This document shows, in pieces, positions 60,338 through 64,000 of a stretch of 64,000 nucleotides of DNA. A program made the position numbers and the translations under genes. This DNA comes from Antedon mediterranea (taxonomy: Eukaryota > Animalia > Echinodermata). Positions within the stretch are counted from its first letter, which is position 1, and every line of letters begins with the position of its first letter. Under the pieces are notes generated by a model. It was not told the origin of the DNA and did not search any database. It saw only the letters and a program-made list of their open reading frames with translations. The DNA is taken from assembly GCF_964355755.1 (NCBI RefSeq), contig NC_092672.1, forward strand, positions 6,758,001-6,822,000, written 5' to 3'.

Positions 60338-61971
60338 ATGATGGCAACTAATAGTACTGAATGTACAGAATCAACAGTTTTGGAAAAGAATCAAAATGAA
60401 GCTAATATTCATCAAGATAATGACGATTTTCAATTTAGTAAACGTACAACCTTGGACGACATGTAAGTGAAAAGTTCAGGCATACTGACCCGTGTAGACC
60501 GGGCGACGATTTCCAAAATAGGCTAGGCCTATACCTAGCACCATGACTGGGAGCAAAATTATTTTTAGATTATTTTATACCTAAATGACAAAAATGTTAC
60601 AAAGTAGGCATATAGGCCTACTAGTCATACATCAAAATAACAATTAAAACAATTATATTATTATATTATTAACAAAATTAAATGTAAAATTGTTTTATTA
60701 TTCAGCAAAGAATGCACATTACTATTCTGAATTACTAAGTATAAGCTCATGTAAAAAAAATATTTATACAGTGCTTTACCAAGTTGAAACAACCATTATT
60801 TTTTTTTTCAAATCCTCAGCCGTCACCTTCAGAATACATTTGCAAAAGAAAGAAACTGGGACCAGTTCCATCAACCGAGAAATCTTCTACTAGCAATGGT
60901 ATGTTTGAAAGGGCCACTACTATCCATCTGATTTGTCGTATTTGAGTGGACCATTGAGTAGTTTTTCTGTTGAGTACTTCTTTAACGGAGTATTTTGAGC
61001 GTTGAGATTGTTCTTAACGAATGACTTTCTGTTGAGCACAAATTTACAATTCAAATACAAAAAGTACTCAACGAATCTTTACGTTGACAACGAAAGTTCC
61101 CAATCGAATACGACAATTGAGAACAAGCGCTATAGACAAAATGTTATTTATTCTGACATTATCACCAAGGCTGGCATAAAAAATACAGTGCGCCATATTA
61201 AAAATAAATGGATACAAACTGTGTAGTCACAGTGCTAAATTTCTGTATGTGGATGTGAGTGTATAAATATATTATATATATATTTAAATTTTTCACTATT
61301 TTAATTTTGTTTAGGTTGGTGAAGTGGGAGAAGTTTCAGAAATATTGTGAGTGTTTAAATTGGGTATTCATTCTTATTTACAGTATCTACTATTACTATA
61401 GTGTTGTAAGCAAATCACTTTAGATAAGTATTTTATTATATTATTATATTTTTTTTTTCAGTCAATGGAAAGGAGAAGTTAAAGAAGGATTACCTGGTAA
61501 GATTTAAACAATATTGCATGAATACATTTAAGAAAGGGAGAAAGTTTAATTAACTCTTTATAATAATACCATCTTTACAATCGTGTTGTAATAATATGTG
61601 TATTTGCGGAAACATTCCAGGATGGCTGTGTACTATGTCATGACATAAAGTACAGGCACATCACACATCATTTTTTAGTTTGATAGTGGGGACAGAGCTT
61701 TAGACTCTTGATTCTCAAACATTTACACTGCCCTCTCTTGACAGGGTGATATTTATTTATATTTTAAACTTCTCTTTCAGGATGGTCGGAGAAAGATAAA
61801 AAACATTTAGGTCAGGAGTTAAGCGACGTTCTTATATATTTAGTACGATTGGCTGAGAAATGTCACATAGATTTACCGAAAGCAGCATTGGAGAAAATTG
61901 ACCTAAATAAATTAAAATATCCAGTGGAGAAAGTCTATGGCTCCAACAAGAAATACACAGAATACAAATAA
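60338..61971 (+). CDS. DCTPP1: dCTP pyrophosphatase 1 (MazG-like), 153 aa
   Basis: Exons 60338-60462, 60820-60898, 61315-61346, 61462-61496, 61781-61971 (462 nt); motifs FAKERNWDQFHQPRNLLLAMVGEVGEVSEIFQWKGE and ELSDVLIYLVRLAEKCHIDLP. Confidence 0.95.
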
Positions 61972-64000
61972 GATATAACAGTACTCATTAATATTTAATT
62001 GCTATAAAATATGTTTTTGTAAATGAATGTATATACAGTAACAGTTTTTAAATATGTTTTTTTATACTTTTTTTTAAACAATTATGGTTTTAATGTTGTT
62101 TATTCTGCAAAAGTTATTTAATGGATTTATTTTTTACAACAGGGTACGTACGGTGTAACAACTTCTTTTTTTATTAATTTTAACTTTATTTGTAACTCCT
62201 TTTAAATGTTTACTTCTCATTGCACCTGGCTTGTTCTTATTTCTAATGTTTAATAATATATTTTAATAGTGTACAGTGTTTCAAAAATCGAAATTTACAG
62301 TTCAAGTTTAAACTAGGTATGTAAAAAGAAATAGTTAAATAATAATGCATTTTATTCCTAAGGGACTTAAAATTAAATAGTAAAGTGTAATGTCTACACC
62401 TTTAACTAGTTTGTCAAAAAAATATGGTAGCGATATGATGCCATGTCCCTATATGAGCACATCACAATTTTTGTCACATAAAGTTTGATAGTGTAGACAG
62501 GGCTTTAGACAAATTATTTACGAGCGAATACATGTTTGCATTGTACTTTTATAAGCATGTATTTTATTTTAAATATCGTACATGCCCACATAATGCCGTA
62601 ATGGCATCGCATTATTAAAAGCTAGTTTATTGCTAGTTATGATCATAATAATTTATATATGAATAATTTTTTTAAGATCTGAAATTTTAGTCGTGTAAAT
62701 ACGCCTGTTTATAGAATATAATAGATGACTTTGATAATATTATGTCATATGTTCACTTAAATTATTCTTGACCAGTGTTTTAATTTGGTTTTTTTTTGTA
62801 ACAGCGAGATAAAAATAGATTTTTCATAATCTGTATCTCACGATTTTTGTTAAAGACCATTTTGAGGTAGCGTTAATCCGCAAAAAATGATTTTCAATTA
62901 ATTAAAATAATTTACGCACTGTCGTTTATGACGCATAGCTAGTAACCATGATTAGTTGTCTCCACTTTGGACGCAACGAAATGATGTATCGCGCACCGCA
63001 CGTAATTTAACCAATCACGATGCGCTGAATCAATCATCGTAACGCCACCATGCGCTATTTTTTATCCTCATGGCGCAACCATTTGTCCTTCAGGTCAAAG
63101 GTTAAACATCTCATTTATCTGTTAATTTAAATTATCTGATTTGAATATCGGTTATTATCGGTTAATTTTTCTCGAGTGATATCGGTTAACCCGTTTTCAC
63201 AGTAACTTTAACGGTTAATTATTGGTTAAGTAAGGACCACAATCCAAAACAAATATATTTCTACTTGATTGTGTATAATCCTGTATAAATATGTTGTTAA
63301 ATAAATAAATAAAATAATTATCGGTTAATTATCGATTACTTTTCTTTTATAAATATTTTAATACAGACTCATTATGTTATGTGTTTGGAGTCTTTTCGCG
63401 GATACAACGAATTAACCGCAACTCAAAAGTTTAATTAGTGCTGCTTTCACTACAGGTGGTTAATAGGTATTCAAGAAAACTGTTGATTTCTTATACTAAA
63501 CCTAATGTTTCAGGTACAGTCTCTCTTTGGGATGTGTCACTCACTGTTGTGCTACGCCAAATAACAAATTAATAACAATTGCATTTATGCTTTTCCTTTT
63601 TTCATCTGATATATAATGCTTTGAGAAATTGTCACCATCCTGATACAATGGTCATGGTAAGGCTAGATATTCCTACGCGAAAAGGTTCATTTCGGAGCTA
63701 CATTACCAAATCAAATTATGACAATGTTTTTAGTGACAATGCTCTATATTTTGTTTTTGTTCTTTGTTTTTGTTTTGTATGCGTTATATGACAATACTGT
63801 AACGTACAGTAACGAATAAAATAATTACCTTATTATTATGATGATACAGACAATCAGATGTGAAACACGTGTATTGCTGTGTTACGGAATTTGCCTACAA
63901 CACTGGAGAATATTGTATGTAAAGATACAGCACTAAAGAATCATCATAATAAAACCATTTTATCAATTACTTTTCCGTTAATGGTTACGTTGCTGTTGTC

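Overview
AT-rich, intron-rich animal genomic DNA, probably a marine invertebrate deuterostome such as an echinoderm (inferred from composition and repeat types). Four spliced protein-coding genes were reconstructed by hand from GT-AG junctions and reading-frame phase: HEATR6 (minus, 21 exons, 46194 to 15293, terminal exon not found), an alpha9/10-like nicotinic acetylcholine receptor subunit (minus, 6 exons), NDUFS8 (minus, 6 exons) and DCTPP1 (plus, 5 exons). The last two are head-to-head. Introns and intergenic DNA are full of non-autonomous mobile elements: PIF/Harbinger derivatives with Myb/SANT relics, a MULE-like foldback, a CACTA/EnSpm-like element, a Helitron, Kolobok-, hAT- and Tc1/mariner-like elements, MITEs, Deu/Nin-domain SINEs and LINE 3' ends. 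The most unusual features are a (TA)n-embedded 364-bp partial-tandem unit carrying a complete tRNA cloverleaf with an ATC anticodon, a Harbinger element inserted into a copy of itself, a 30-bp palindromic insertion with a 7-bp target duplication, and TAGGCCTA/CTAG-rich tracts just inside first introns. Family assignments rest on recalled motifs; no database searches were run.
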